A model generated the notes under the pieces. It was not told the DNA's origin. It ran no database searches and saw nothing but the letters and a program-made list of their open reading frames with translations. From Entomortierella parvispora E1425 (taxonomy: Eukaryota; Fungi; Mortierellomycota): DNA of 64,000 nt. The DNA lies in contig BQFW01000001.1 in the NCBI GenBank assembly GCA_020891255.1, forward strand, positions 434,001 to 498,000, read 5' to 3'. Positions 1 to 10,689 of this stretch are shown piece by piece. Positions within the stretch are counted from its first letter, which is position 1. The number at the start of each line of letters is the position of its first letter. The position numbers were made by a program, and so were the translations under genes.

Positions 1-3
1 GAA

Positions 4-108
4 ATGATACAGAAGGTGAAGGAACGTAATGATACAGAAGGTAAAGGAATGTAATGATACAGAAGTTGGGATGATGATACAGAAGGTGGGGTGATGATGC
101 CGAAGGAA
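4..108. repeat. Imperfect tandem repeat, core ATGATACAGAAG, period 20-25 bp
   Basis: Core occurs at 4, 29, 54 and 74, with a degenerate fifth copy near 95. Confidence 0.85.
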
Positions 109-211
109 ACAGCAGCATGTGCCCAAAATGACGCGCACAGCAGAAATCAATGTCGCGTCGATGGGTGGCTTAGAATTGGGCACTGTGGGGTTGATCTTGT
201 GACTGCCAAAG

Positions 212-492
212 CTATTTCCGTGGTCGAACAATGTGAAGACCTGAGGTTGTTGTTCGACGAGAACTGGACCCAGATATGTCCCCCGCCCTTGGTCCCACCC
301 TGGTTTTCTCCATTCCTCTGTTTTCTCAAAGAAGATAAAGAGCAAGATAGAGCGCACAAAGTATTTTTATTCAGAATTTTCATTTAGGGGCTTTGAAGTT
401 CGAACGAAAATAAAAGAAGATATACACATACTGTATCCAGTTCTCGTCGAACAACAACCTCAGGTCTTTACATTGTTCGACCACGGAAATAG
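212..492. mobile_element. Candidate MITE / non-autonomous TIR element
   Basis: 57-bp inverted repeats at 212-268 and 436-492 with 1 mismatch. AAAG flanks both sides (208-211, 493-496). No coding capacity. Confidence 0.55.
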
Positions 493-1068
493 AAAGAAAA
501 CAGGACCTTGCTCGCAAGCTTACTCCACGCCCCTGTTGATAATAGAAGGGTGCGATAAATAAAGTGGTCTATAATAAAATTCTAAAATAAATAATTCGAA
601 GTATTAATATCGTTGAACAGGTATATACATGTACAGCAGGATAGCCGTCTTTTCCTGAATCATCGACAAATGATCCATGAACGAATTGCTGGTCCCCTGA
701 CCTGTTTTATTATTTTTTTTGTTCTTACAGCATTGTGCCACAGTCTTTGGCCTGACAACGGCAACCATTGTATGCCATGGACAGCAAACTAGCGCCGATA
801 TCATTTCCGCCATCAGTGGACGCTATGCCGATCTCCATCAACTCGCACACAGTATAACCACCGTATTATAAAAAAAAAAGAATCTGGGCTTAATCTCAGC
901 CGATCGTAGCAAGAAGGCTACTCCACTGCTTACAGCACCATAAGGCTGCTTGTAGATACCTTATCTTAAGTGCGCATACATGGAACGAAGGTGTGAGTGA
1001 AGACAAGTGAAAACTCGTGGTGATGGTGAAGGAAATCATATTGTTGGATGCTAGATATGTACAGCGAC

Positions 1069-3824
1069 CTACCTTGAGCTACTCATGTCTGGGAACTTGA
1101 ATCTCTTCAGCGCAGTCTTGCCCACTCCACGGCCTTTAAGTCTCTTCCTAGAGTCTTCGTAGCTGTCAAACTTCCTCTTGCGTCGTTCCTCCATTATCAG
1201 ATCCGCTTTCTTTTCATCAACGCCTGTCATTCGTTACAGGTCTTTGCGTGTAGCACGGTTGATATCAAGAGCACCTGCTGTTGCGAACACGAATGCTCTG
1301 CCAGCAAACGGCCCAAAATGTTGATCCCAATTGGATCTGTCCACAATACCAGATAGAGGCGGAAGCTCAATATCCGGCTGATCTCCAGCGGTGAACAGCA
1401 TGAAGAAATCCTTGCTAGAAGCCGCCTTTTCTCTCTCCGTTTTGAAGTCGATCATAGTACCATCGGTTATTCGCTTGTATTGGTGGACTTCTGTGCGGAA
1501 CGGCTCTGTATCCAGCCTGATGAAACTATCGCCGAAAGGTGCTGAGGGTCCATTGACAATACAGTGCTCACCTTTGCGGAAATCTGGCGTCCCGTGTTCA
1601 CAGCGAAGGGCGGCGACTTGTCGTAGCTCATCGCTCGTAGACTTGGTATTGACATGATGGGAGGAGAAGGCCAGCTTTAGGTGATGGTTTGTAAATTCGA
1701 TATCACCATTCAAACGCGCCCCTCTGTGAACTGTTCCGATCGATGTGCGACTACCATCATCCAGCACCTTGGATTTGAAGCAGCGAAAGGCTGCAACGAA
1801 ATACTCGAACTGTTGCCAAAACTGAAACGCAGGCAGTGAGTCTGCATTCTGTTTTGACATTAGATCTCCATAGTCACAGAAACGCCATTTCAGAAGGAGA
1901 GGATCGGCACCTGTTCTTGGCGAACATGAAAAGAGCCACAACCAGATGTAAGGAGCGGTGAGGTATCCTCCCGTGCCGAGACCACGGGGTTGCACATATC
2001 GAACTAATCCTGCGATCGCCAGTTCTCCAGGTAATTTCTCGGTTCCTGGAACCGGCTTATTGGGATCCAAGTAAGCTCGGGTCAGTATCGCTCGTGCCAT
2101 AGCGTCAATTGTCGAGGGAAGATTGTAAAGTACTTCTGAGTATCGATTTTCAAGTTTGAGGCGTAGATGGTGCATCAGCGAATCGACGTTATACTCACTG
2201 CCCACCTCTTCGATAACCTGCTCTAAGGCCTCGAGTGCTCTTCCGTGACCGCCACAATCATTCACAAGCACCTTGACGACCTGATCGTTTTCGTCAAAGA
2301 CTGGCTTGGACTCGCCATTCCGAATGAAATGCGGAGGATTCAGCGAAGCAACAGGTAGGACGACACGATTTCGATGAGTCGATGCCAAAGCTTGATCAAC
2401 TGGGGAGGTAGCAGTCGCGGTACAGCATACCATTAGAAATATTTCTCCGACCGCAAGATCCGCGATGTTTGTCAAGGCTTATGGAAAAAGGAGTCTTTGT
2501 TATGGACATCTTGAGGATCTGTCATGAAGGATTGTAGTCCATCGACGACAACAATGACTGAGGCGGATTCCCAATCTTGACCACGGTGCTTGGCGAGAAG
2601 TTTCACAATATCCATCGGATCCACTACATTGTATCTATTCGCGATCCCGTGAATTGTCTCCTCAGGGAGAAGTTGTAGGAGCATTCGATTGCATATGACC
2701 TTGAGTGGAGTAGTTTCCTCTGGCAACGAACTGGTACCGTTCTCGAGACTGACATGAAACACCCAAGAATCCTCGATCCTTTTTTCAACTCCAAATCTTC
2801 CTTCGCAGAGAGGCATGCCACTGCAGAATGGTAAAACTCCTGTGCGTTTCGAGACTTGCCTGTGCCTGTTCCACAAAGAAAGAGATACAGTGGGATGGTC
2901 GTTTTATCGCCCCGTCCTCCATCAAATTCCCTTGCGTGCTCTTTGATATTGCGTCGTAGTAATTCGAAAAGTGTCGGATCAGGCTGATACGTCCAATGCG
3001 AACCCATGGTTCTGAGCAGAGGGCCTGGCGGATTGTAGGGCAGTCCTAATATCGATGGAAGTTAGTCGAGACGACAATAGAGTTAGTCTTGACAATAATA
3101 TTATATCATCCCAGTCAGACACATCATAATCTTTGGTACTTGCCATCGGGGAAAGCATCAGTTAGAATCCGTTTCCCGGTTGCTGCATCTAAAGGAGATG
3201 GACAAATGAATAGATTAATGATCATGCAAAAAATGTGGGCAAATAAAACGAACAAATACAACGGCCTTTCACAAACAAGTTTATGGGAGTGAGAGTGAGG
3301 CCTATTGCATTACCTTGTTTGAGTGGCTGGACAAGGATGTGGATGGGTTTCTCGGGCGGTTGTACTGAAAAGACACGAGAGATCTTGTCGCTCTCATCAA
3401 GCTCCTCCTTCGATGGGACCTTATCGAGCAAGATTTTCCTGCAGTCCTTCTTGGGCAAAAGGGGAATCGAGACCTTCCAGAGCGTGAATTTTTCTGGTGC
3501 AATACCAGGAAACCGAGCTGGCGTGCAGATGAGCTGCTTGAGTTGGTCCACCGTTTTTGTCGACAATATGTCGGCAGAGACTGTGGTTGATCGATCATGA
3601 ACAACACAGCATAGGCTTATTTCCCTGTTAGGAATGAGGCTGCCAGTGTTGTCGGCTATGGTGCTGTCGGGCATGGCGGATAGAGAAATGGCTGGTTGCG
3701 AGGACGAGTCCACTGTGGAAGAACGGCTCGTAGAATTCTGTGGTTGGTTCGTCGAGCTTCGTGATGATCTCTGTAGGAGGTTGCTGCTTGATTTCGCTTT
3801 CGCTTTGCCTTTGTTCTTTGCCAT
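1069..3824 (-). pseudogene. Crinkler (CRN)-type effector: Ubl header, AAA+ NTPase, REase-like region, C-terminal ComEA-like HhH; disrupted
   Basis: Exon 1 (3824-3314) carries ISLCCVV..TVDQLK..TLWKVSIP..IHILVQP (CRN header with HVLVxxP-like end), followed by a GT donor at 3313 and AG acceptor near 3190. Walker A GTGTGKS and Walker B VIVVVDG are present. Frameshifts near 2780 and 2478 plus others near 3050-3150. In-frame TAA at 1234-1236 interrupts INRATRKDL*RMTGVDEKKADLIMEERRKRKF..GVGK (HhH). Confidence 0.8.
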
Positions 3825-3995
3825 TGTGGAGCGAATGGTTCGAGTGAGTGTTTCAAGTGGCGGATAAATGAATCTTTGAGCAACAGGTTGATTGTGATTG
3901 AGAGCGGTGGAGTGATTGAGAGAGACGTGATGGAGGAAGGTGTGATCATCCCAAGAAGGAAGTGGTCACGTGTTTGATTTTCCCAGCCCTGGCCC

Positions 3996-4303
3996 TGTTG
4001 CGTACGGGGGCAGGCTTGAGGGGCGCTGTGCGGGATATGGCAATCCTAGGTGACGAGTGAGAATCAGACTAAGTGTCGCCGTGCTGGCCTCTGTCAGTAT
4101 CGATCAATGTGGAATAAGACGGATCATGTATTGGTAATAATAAATAATGAGAGGGCTGCTCTACCTAAGTGTCGCCGTGCTGGCCTCTGTCAGTATCGAT
4201 CAATGTGGAATAAGACGGATAAAGAGCAGAGGGCCACGCCGTGCGAGCAACTACATATAGTGGTTCTACTTAAGGGTGTATCGTACCGTCCTGGCCATCA
4301 ACA
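3996..4303 (+). mobile_element. Solo LTR, family B (308 bp)
   Basis: TGTTG...CAACA termini, 4-bp TSD GCCC (3992-3995, 4304-4307), internal 56-bp direct repeat (4069-4124, 4165-4220). Near-identical inverted copy at 41862-42169. Strand label is arbitrary. Confidence 0.9.
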
Positions 4304-5526
4304 GCCCCAGGCACACGAAATCACGTTGGTATCTTGCTCTTTTTTCCCTTGGTCCCTCTTCTTCTTCTCTTCCTCTCTTCCTCGCACCCCAACAAACGAG
4401 GATCAACAGGGCACTCAATGATGGACCAGGAGACATTCACCCAATGGAACAATGTCAGGATCATAGGCCGGCCAGAGCTGGACTGATGGCTCATGACTGT
4501 GCATGTACCTCCGTCTTCACTTTTGCAATTCCATCCCGGACAGTGACTACAGGAATGAACTGCGGAGATGATGTCAAAGGCAAATCGATGCAGCCTCATT
4601 CCCATCCCTAATGGTTGAACGTCCTGCAAGGAGACAGTCACCCCTATTTATGACTAAGTACAGCGATACCCAAACAGCATCATCAACAACAACAAGGCTG
4701 GACAGCATCCTGCACGAGCGAAAACGGGCAGCGAGAGTACTGCCACGCCGAAGCGGTATGAGTGGCTAAGGATGCATTCGAGGACTTGGCGGGAACCACG
4801 GCTCCCTCCTTGCGATGCTTTTTTGCTGCAATGAAAAGGAGGATTGTGAACGCGTGACAGCAAGAGGTTCCTCTCGCATCAAACCTCAGGTCCTCTGAAG
4901 CACTTGTACGAGATCCAACTTCCGCCCTATACCTTCCCGTCCTAGGCGAAAAAGAGTGCAGATGAAGCCAGATATGGTGCGAGGATCGAAAGACTCTAGG
5001 AGTCCTTCACCATATCCTCCTCTACAGACTGGTGTGCACTCTTAGCTATTTTTATGGGTTGGATTTGTGTACGAGGGGCTGGTCCCGGCCATTGGTGAGG
5101 TACTTTTTGTTCAAAGATATCACCTTTTGTTTTTTGTCGTCAGCAGATCAATCCTCCTTTCAGTCAGTCATCGGAGCTGCTTGTCGATGAGCAATACCCA
5201 CGGTCCAAGATCAGGTGCCGTCCTCCTCCTCTCTTGCCCACAACCACTCGAGGACATGACACTGCCAACAAGTCCCATTGAGATTGGCCAGATGAGTGCG
5301 AGTTTGATCAAGGTATGGCAGGGGGCACAGCAGGACAAGGCGTCTGCAAGTGCCCATGCGAATTTCAATATGGGTTAGAGGCTTAGATTGGGATTGGAAG
5401 TGGGGTGCAATAGGAGTATCGAGGGTGGAGTGGAGACAAGAAGTGAGTTTTATTATATTGCAAGTTTCTAGCTTTTGTAGGTACACATCGCGTGATGTCA
5501 CCGTATTCCTGTTACACCTTCCCCTT

Positions 5527-8500
5527 TTAAAAAATGATACCGTGCTGCTCTTTGAAGGTTGTGACCAAGTCCATGCAGTTGTCCAAGTTGCTTACTGGGA
5601 GCCATTCGTCAGCTTCTCTGCCGTAGCCTTTGAATGACACTAGGAACTGGTGTTGTCTGCGGTAGAAGCGGTACTTTAAAATTTCGTCCACTTCATACTC
5701 CTCTTCGCCGTCAATTACAGTGGGATCCACGGGGGCAGGAGCTCGAATGCCGAGTGACTCCGGGGACGGCAAATAGGGTCGAAAGGTATCAACGTGGAAG
5801 ACGTCATGGATTTTGTAGAATGGTGGCAGCTCGACGCGGAAGGTGACAGGTGAGTGTTGCTCCAAAAGTGTGAACGGGCCAAGGAATTGAGGTCGAAGTT
5901 TATCGGCTGGTCTGATACTGTCGGCAGGGATGGTGATATTGGTGGCACGCAGCAGGACCTTATCGCCAACCTTGTACTTGTGATCCCGTCGTCGCTTGTT
6001 TGCCTGTTGCTCCTGATGATCCTGAGCACGCTGCAGAGCATCCTGGGCCAGGGCAAGGGTGGTCGCCTGCTCAGTCAGGAAGGTATCGACAGTGGGGACT
6101 GAGCTGCTGGGTTTACCGAGGAGAGCGGTGGGGGAGACGAGGGTGCTGGCCAGAGTTGAGGAAGAACGGCGAGTATCCCGTGGATGCATTGACAGCGTTG
6201 TTATAGGCGAATTCCAGTGACGGAAGGAGCTGGTCCCAGTTAGACTGCTTGTTGTCAATAAACGCTCTCAACATAGTCTTCAGCGTCTTGTTCATAACCT
6301 CTGTCTGCCCATCCGTCTGTGGGTGGTAGGCGGTTGACAGTGCAAGTTTGACATCCATTAGCCTGTGCAACTCTTGCCAGAATCTACTAGTGAATCGAGT
6401 GTCGCGGTCCGAGATGATGGATGTTGGTGTGCCATGCAGCTTAAAGATGTTGTCAAAAAAACTGGTGGGCGACGTCGACGGCTGTGGCAGAGGTAGTACT
6501 GGGGACGAAGTGAGCTTGCTTGGTCAGCTTGTCGACAAACACTGTGATGGCGTCAAAATTTCTAGCTGTGGGCGGAAGAGGGCCGATGAAGTCCATGGTG
6601 ACTACCTCCCAACGTTGCGAAGGAATGGGTAGCGGTTGCAAGAGTCCAGCTGGTCGATCCTGTGAGTCCTTGTTCCTTTGACACTTCTCGCAGGTTGCTA
6701 CATACTGCTGGGTATCCTTGGCGATGTGGGGCCAATATACGAAACGGCGCAGGTTGTCGTAAGTCTTTTGAAAACCAAAGTGTCCAGCAGTGGCAGAGTC
6801 GTGAGCGTCGTGCAAGAGAGTGAGGCGGATCGGGGAGTGCCGAGGGATGGCCAGGGTGGTTGCTCCACGTCGGGTAAAGTAGAGGAGGTTGTTCTGAAAT
6901 GAATATCCATTGGCAACTTTCCCATCCAGGCAATCCTTGTAGATAGGTCCAAGTCGAGGATCGTCGTTGTAGTCCTGGACAAGCTGGTCACGGACGTCCG
7001 GGGACAAGGAGACGCTGAGGTTGTATAGCTCAACAGGGTCAGGCTCGCGGTAGTCCGGTCGTCGGGAGAGAGCGTCTGGGACGATGTTGTCAACTCCTCG
7101 CTTGTACTTGAAGTCAAAGTCGTATTCCTGAAGCAACTCCATCCAGCGAGCCTGTCGACGAGTGAGTTTGGGCTGTGTGGGGAAGTGGCGGAGGGTGGCG
7201 TGGTCGGTGTGGACGCTGAACTTGGTTCCATCGAGGTAGTAGCGCCAAGTGCGGAGTGCATGGATGACAGCCAACAGTTCCTGCTCATGGACAGGGTAGT
7301 TCCGCTCAGCTGACTGCATTTTCCTGGAAGTGAATGCGATGGGATGGGTATTCCCTTCCCGGTCAGTCTGCAGCAGCACTGCACCGATGGCGAAACCGGA
7401 TGCATCTGTTTCGACAAAGGTGAGAGATCAGGGTCGAAGATGCGGAGGACGGGGGCGGAGCAGATGGCGCGTTTGAGCTGAAGGAATGCAGATTGTTGTT
7501 CGTCGGTCCATTTGAAGGGAGTGTTGTTGGCGAGGAGGGAAGAGAGAGGGAGGGCAATCCCTGCAAAGCCCGATACGTACTGTTGATAAAATTGCGCAAG
7601 CCCCAAAAATTGCTGGACGTCCTTTGTGCTCTTGGGGGTGGGCCAGTCACTGATGGCTTTGCTGAGCCCGGCCGATGTTTTGATCCCGTCCTTCGTGATG
7701 GTGTGGCCCAAAAATTCAGTTTCGTCTTGCATGAAGGAGCACTTGCTCAATTTCGCGTACAGACCATTCTTGCGGAGGAGAGCCAGGACGCTTCGGAGAT
7801 GCTGCAGGTGTTCTTTCTTTGTCTTGGAGTAGATCAACAGATCGTCGAGATACACGACAACCCATTTGTCCAAGACTGGATCGAGTACTCGCAACATCAT
7901 ATTGGAGAACGAAGCAGGAGCGTTAGTAAGGCCAAAGGGAACAACATTGAACTCAAAGTGACCATAGCGACAACGGAAGGCAGTCTTGTGTGTGTGTGGT
8001 TCAAAGATACGCTGCTGATGATAACCGGATAACAAGTCCAACTTGGAGTAATAGCGTGCTCCACGGAAGCGGTCAAGTAGCTCGTCGATACGGGGCAACG
8101 GGTGTCTGTTCTTCCTGGTGATCTTGTTGAGGCCACGGTAGTCGACGCACATTCGGAGTGTGCCGTCCTTCTTCCGCACAAAGAGCACGGGGGCGCCATA
8201 GGGAGAGGTACTGGGTTTGATAAAACCTGCTGCTAGCAATTGGTCCAGTTGTTTGCGAAGTTCGTCAAGCTCGGCGATTGAAAGTCTAATGACAGGGCGG
8301 AAGGGTGGGTCGGCTGTCGGGTCGGTCTCGATCTTCATAGCATCACCACGGTCTGGGGGCAGGCCGTCCGGGAGTTTCTCCGGAAAGACATCAGCGAACT
8401 CTTCCATGACAATGGACCGCACCTCTGGGGGTCATATCGGGAATTGTACGCGGTTGGTCAGTTTCTTCAGAGGGCTCTGGGGTGTTGCGAATAAGGGCCA

Positions 8501-9339
8501 GGAACACCTCCGAGCCGGGCAGGGTTGCCATGGAATGAAAGTGCATGTGTGTGAGGAGGAGTCCTTTGGTGCGGCTTTGGATGTGATCGGCCTTGAAGCC
8601 GCGGCAGCTCCATTTGACATCGATTCCATTGTGAGTGAAATGAAGATCGTTGGTGCGCCAATTGATGCAAGGGTTAACTTTGGTGAGCCAGGGTTTGCCA
8701 AGGATGAGGTCGTATTTGTTGAGAGGATAGAGAATAGGGTTGAGCGAATCGGAGTAGTCGCTGCGGTTGAGGGTGATGGGGACGGTGTGTGATGTGAGGG
8801 AGGAAGAGCCATTGGGGAGGAGGATGGGGATGGGCAAGCATTCAGTGCGGAGGAGCTGGTGTCGCTTTTGAAAAGACGAACTGATAATATTACCTTCTGC
8901 ACCACCATCAATCAGGATTCTGGCAGCGTGGCCATTGACAGAACCGATGAAAGTGAGCAGTTGGCTCTCTGCCTTTTGGACAGTGAATTCGTGTAGGCGA
9001 ATCGCACGACGCTTCAACTTCTTCAACTGACTTTTTGGACAGAGGTACACTAGGTGCCGGCGGTACAGCGAGAGGGTCCGGTTCATCTGTATCGGAGGAT
9101 CTAGGTAGAGGAGCGGACAGGGCAACTGGAGCGGGCGAGGCAACAGGTTTTTTGGTTTGGTTTTGGTTTCGGTCCGATAGAACAACCAGAGCATCGTGGA
9201 TGTGAGTTCGCTTGTCATGATTGGAGTCATGTTTCTGAGGTGTAGAATCAAGTGAAGTTTTATTTGAGGTACTTAGCTCAGGGTTGTTGGCTACAGTTTC
9301 GACAACTGGGGTCCGGACCGACCCTAGTTGCCGGAGGCT
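5527..9339 (-). pseudogene. pol: pol of copy 1 (protease, RT, RNase H, integrase, chromodomain) with frameshifts
   Basis: Motifs LIDGGAEG, YLDD, ETDASGFAIGAVL (shifted frame), H..H..CxxC, DDE, GPF and chromodomain YEVDEIL..FLVSFKGY. Shifts near 9034, 8428 and 7423. Confidence 0.92.
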
Positions 9340-9345
9340 TTTCCC
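9300..9345 (-). promoter_or_regulatory. -1 ribosomal frameshift signal (G GGA AAA plus hairpin), copy 1
   Basis: Slippery heptamer in the gag frame, 5-nt spacer, then stem CGGCAACT/AGTTGTCG plus GGGTC/GACCC. The pol leader lies in the -1 frame. Confidence 0.75.
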
Positions 9346-10244
9346 GAATCAGGGGATTCACCCGCGGTTACTTGATTAATTCCTCGGCTGCCGTTGCCGT
9401 ACTTAGGGCAATTGGGACTGATGTGACCCAATTCGCGGCAGCGGAAGCAGCCACCGTTACGTACAAGGTACTCTCGGTCGGCGGCGGTCAGGGGTGCGGG
9501 GCGATCTCGAGAAGGGTTGTTAGTACCGTTGGTGGGGCGGTTCTGTAAGGAGCGGTGAAGGGTGCCGAGTTGCTTGTGGATATTGTTGAGTTGGATATGA
9601 ATATTGTCCACTTCCATTGCGTTGGGGTCGGTGATACCAGCAGAGGATCCCGAGGCAGCCAGTGCTTTGGCACCGAGTGATGGGTCTTCAGTGTGGAAGA
9701 TACGACCGAACTCCTCCGCGGCCTTAAAGAGTCTGGGCAGATCTATGGTGTCGTTGCCTGCATTAACAATGGCCACTTCCAGCATCTGGCGAAGCTGAGT
9801 AGGTGCACCACTGAGAAAGGCAGTACGGATAGTATCGTTAAGAACTGCGTTGTCGGCGTAGTAAGGCTGGAGGAGCAGGTGGTATTCACGGGCTTTGGTA
9901 ATATAGGCCATGACGTTGGAGATGTTCAGTGGCAGTGTCATTTTCATTTGCATTGTGAGGGCGAGAATGTGCTCCTTAAACTTCGCAGGACTGAACTCGG
10001 TGGCAAGGAGCTCGCTGAAATCCGGGAATGAGGTGTCGGATGGCTTGTTTAAGAGTGCCCACCAGCCGATAACCTCATCGCCGGCAAAGGCAAGGGTAAC
10101 CCCGACCTTGCGAGGTTCGGCAATTCCAGCGCCATCGAAGAAAAAGGTCATGCGTTTCAGAAAACCGAGAACAGAGAATCCGTCGCGCTTGCCGTTGAAC
10201 GGTGTTGGATGAGGGAATTTGAATGACGGTGTCGCGGGGTCCAT
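9324..10244 (-). CDS. gag: Gag with CCHC zinc knuckle (copy 1)
   Basis: Starts ATG GAC CCC, runs 306 aa and contains CFRCRELGHISPNC. Confidence 0.92.
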   Translation of the reverse strand: MDPATPSFKFPHPTPFNGKRDGFSVLGFLKRMTFFFDGAGIAEPRKVGVTLAFAGDEVIGWWALLNKPSDTSFPDFSELLATEFSPAKFKEHILALTMQMKMTLPLNISNVMAYITKAREYHLLLQPYYADNAVLNDTIRTAFLSGAPTQLRQMLEVAIVNAGNDTIDLPRLFKAAEEFGRIFHTEDPSLGAKALAASGSSAGITDPNAMEVDNIHIQLNNIHKQLGTLHRSLQNRPTNGTNNPSRDRPAPLTAADREYLVRNGGCFRCRELGHISPNCPKYGNGSRGINQVTAGESPDSGKASGN

Positions 10245-10331
10245 GTTGGGTGAATTGTCGAGGGAGAGTTGATCGAAGAGGGATACGAGGGGGTCCAGGG
10301 TGTGAGTGTGTCGGAGGGTCAGTGGGTCAGT

Positions 10332-10362
10332 GAGGTCAGTGGATCGAAAACCTTTGCTACCA
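10332..10362 (-). promoter_or_regulatory. Primer-binding site, extended complementarity to initiator tRNA-Met
   Basis: TGGTAGCAAAG-GT-TTTCGATCCACTGACCTC directly after the 5' LTR. Same sequence at 12857-12887 and 13843-13873. Confidence 0.85.
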
Positions 10363-10689
10363 TGCAATAGGAGTATCGAGGGTGGAGTGGAGACAAGAAG
10401 TGAGTTTTATTATATTGCAAGTTTCTAGCTTTTGTAGGTACACATCGCGTGATGTCACCGTATTCCTGTTACATGGGGTTTGGTGGTGGTGTGGAATGTT
10501 ATCCAGAGAATCATCTCTGCGGCCATTGTTACGGAAGATCGAGTGGCGCAACAGCGAGCCCACCATATGGAACTCGCAGTTTTGTAGATAGATTTCTTTC
10601 GCTTTCATTAAAATGATGACGAAAAATAACTGAAGAGCATCCTGAAAGAATAAGACTGCACTTACCGTTTGAACATGGAAGATCTCTGT

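Larger units (their letters stand above)
5406..10473 (-). mobile_element. Full-length Ty3/Gypsy chromovirus, copy 1
   Basis: Identical 111-bp TG..CA LTRs (5406-5516, 10363-10473), 5-bp TSD TGGGG, PBS, PPT, and gag-PR-RT-RH-IN-chromodomain order. Confidence 0.97.

Noticed and set aside
10332-10362. tRNA gene fragment on the plus strand (GAGGTCAGTGGATCGAAAACCTTTGCTACCA)
   Set aside because: It is the reverse complement of the PBS. There is no D or anticodon arm, and the CCA is encoded.
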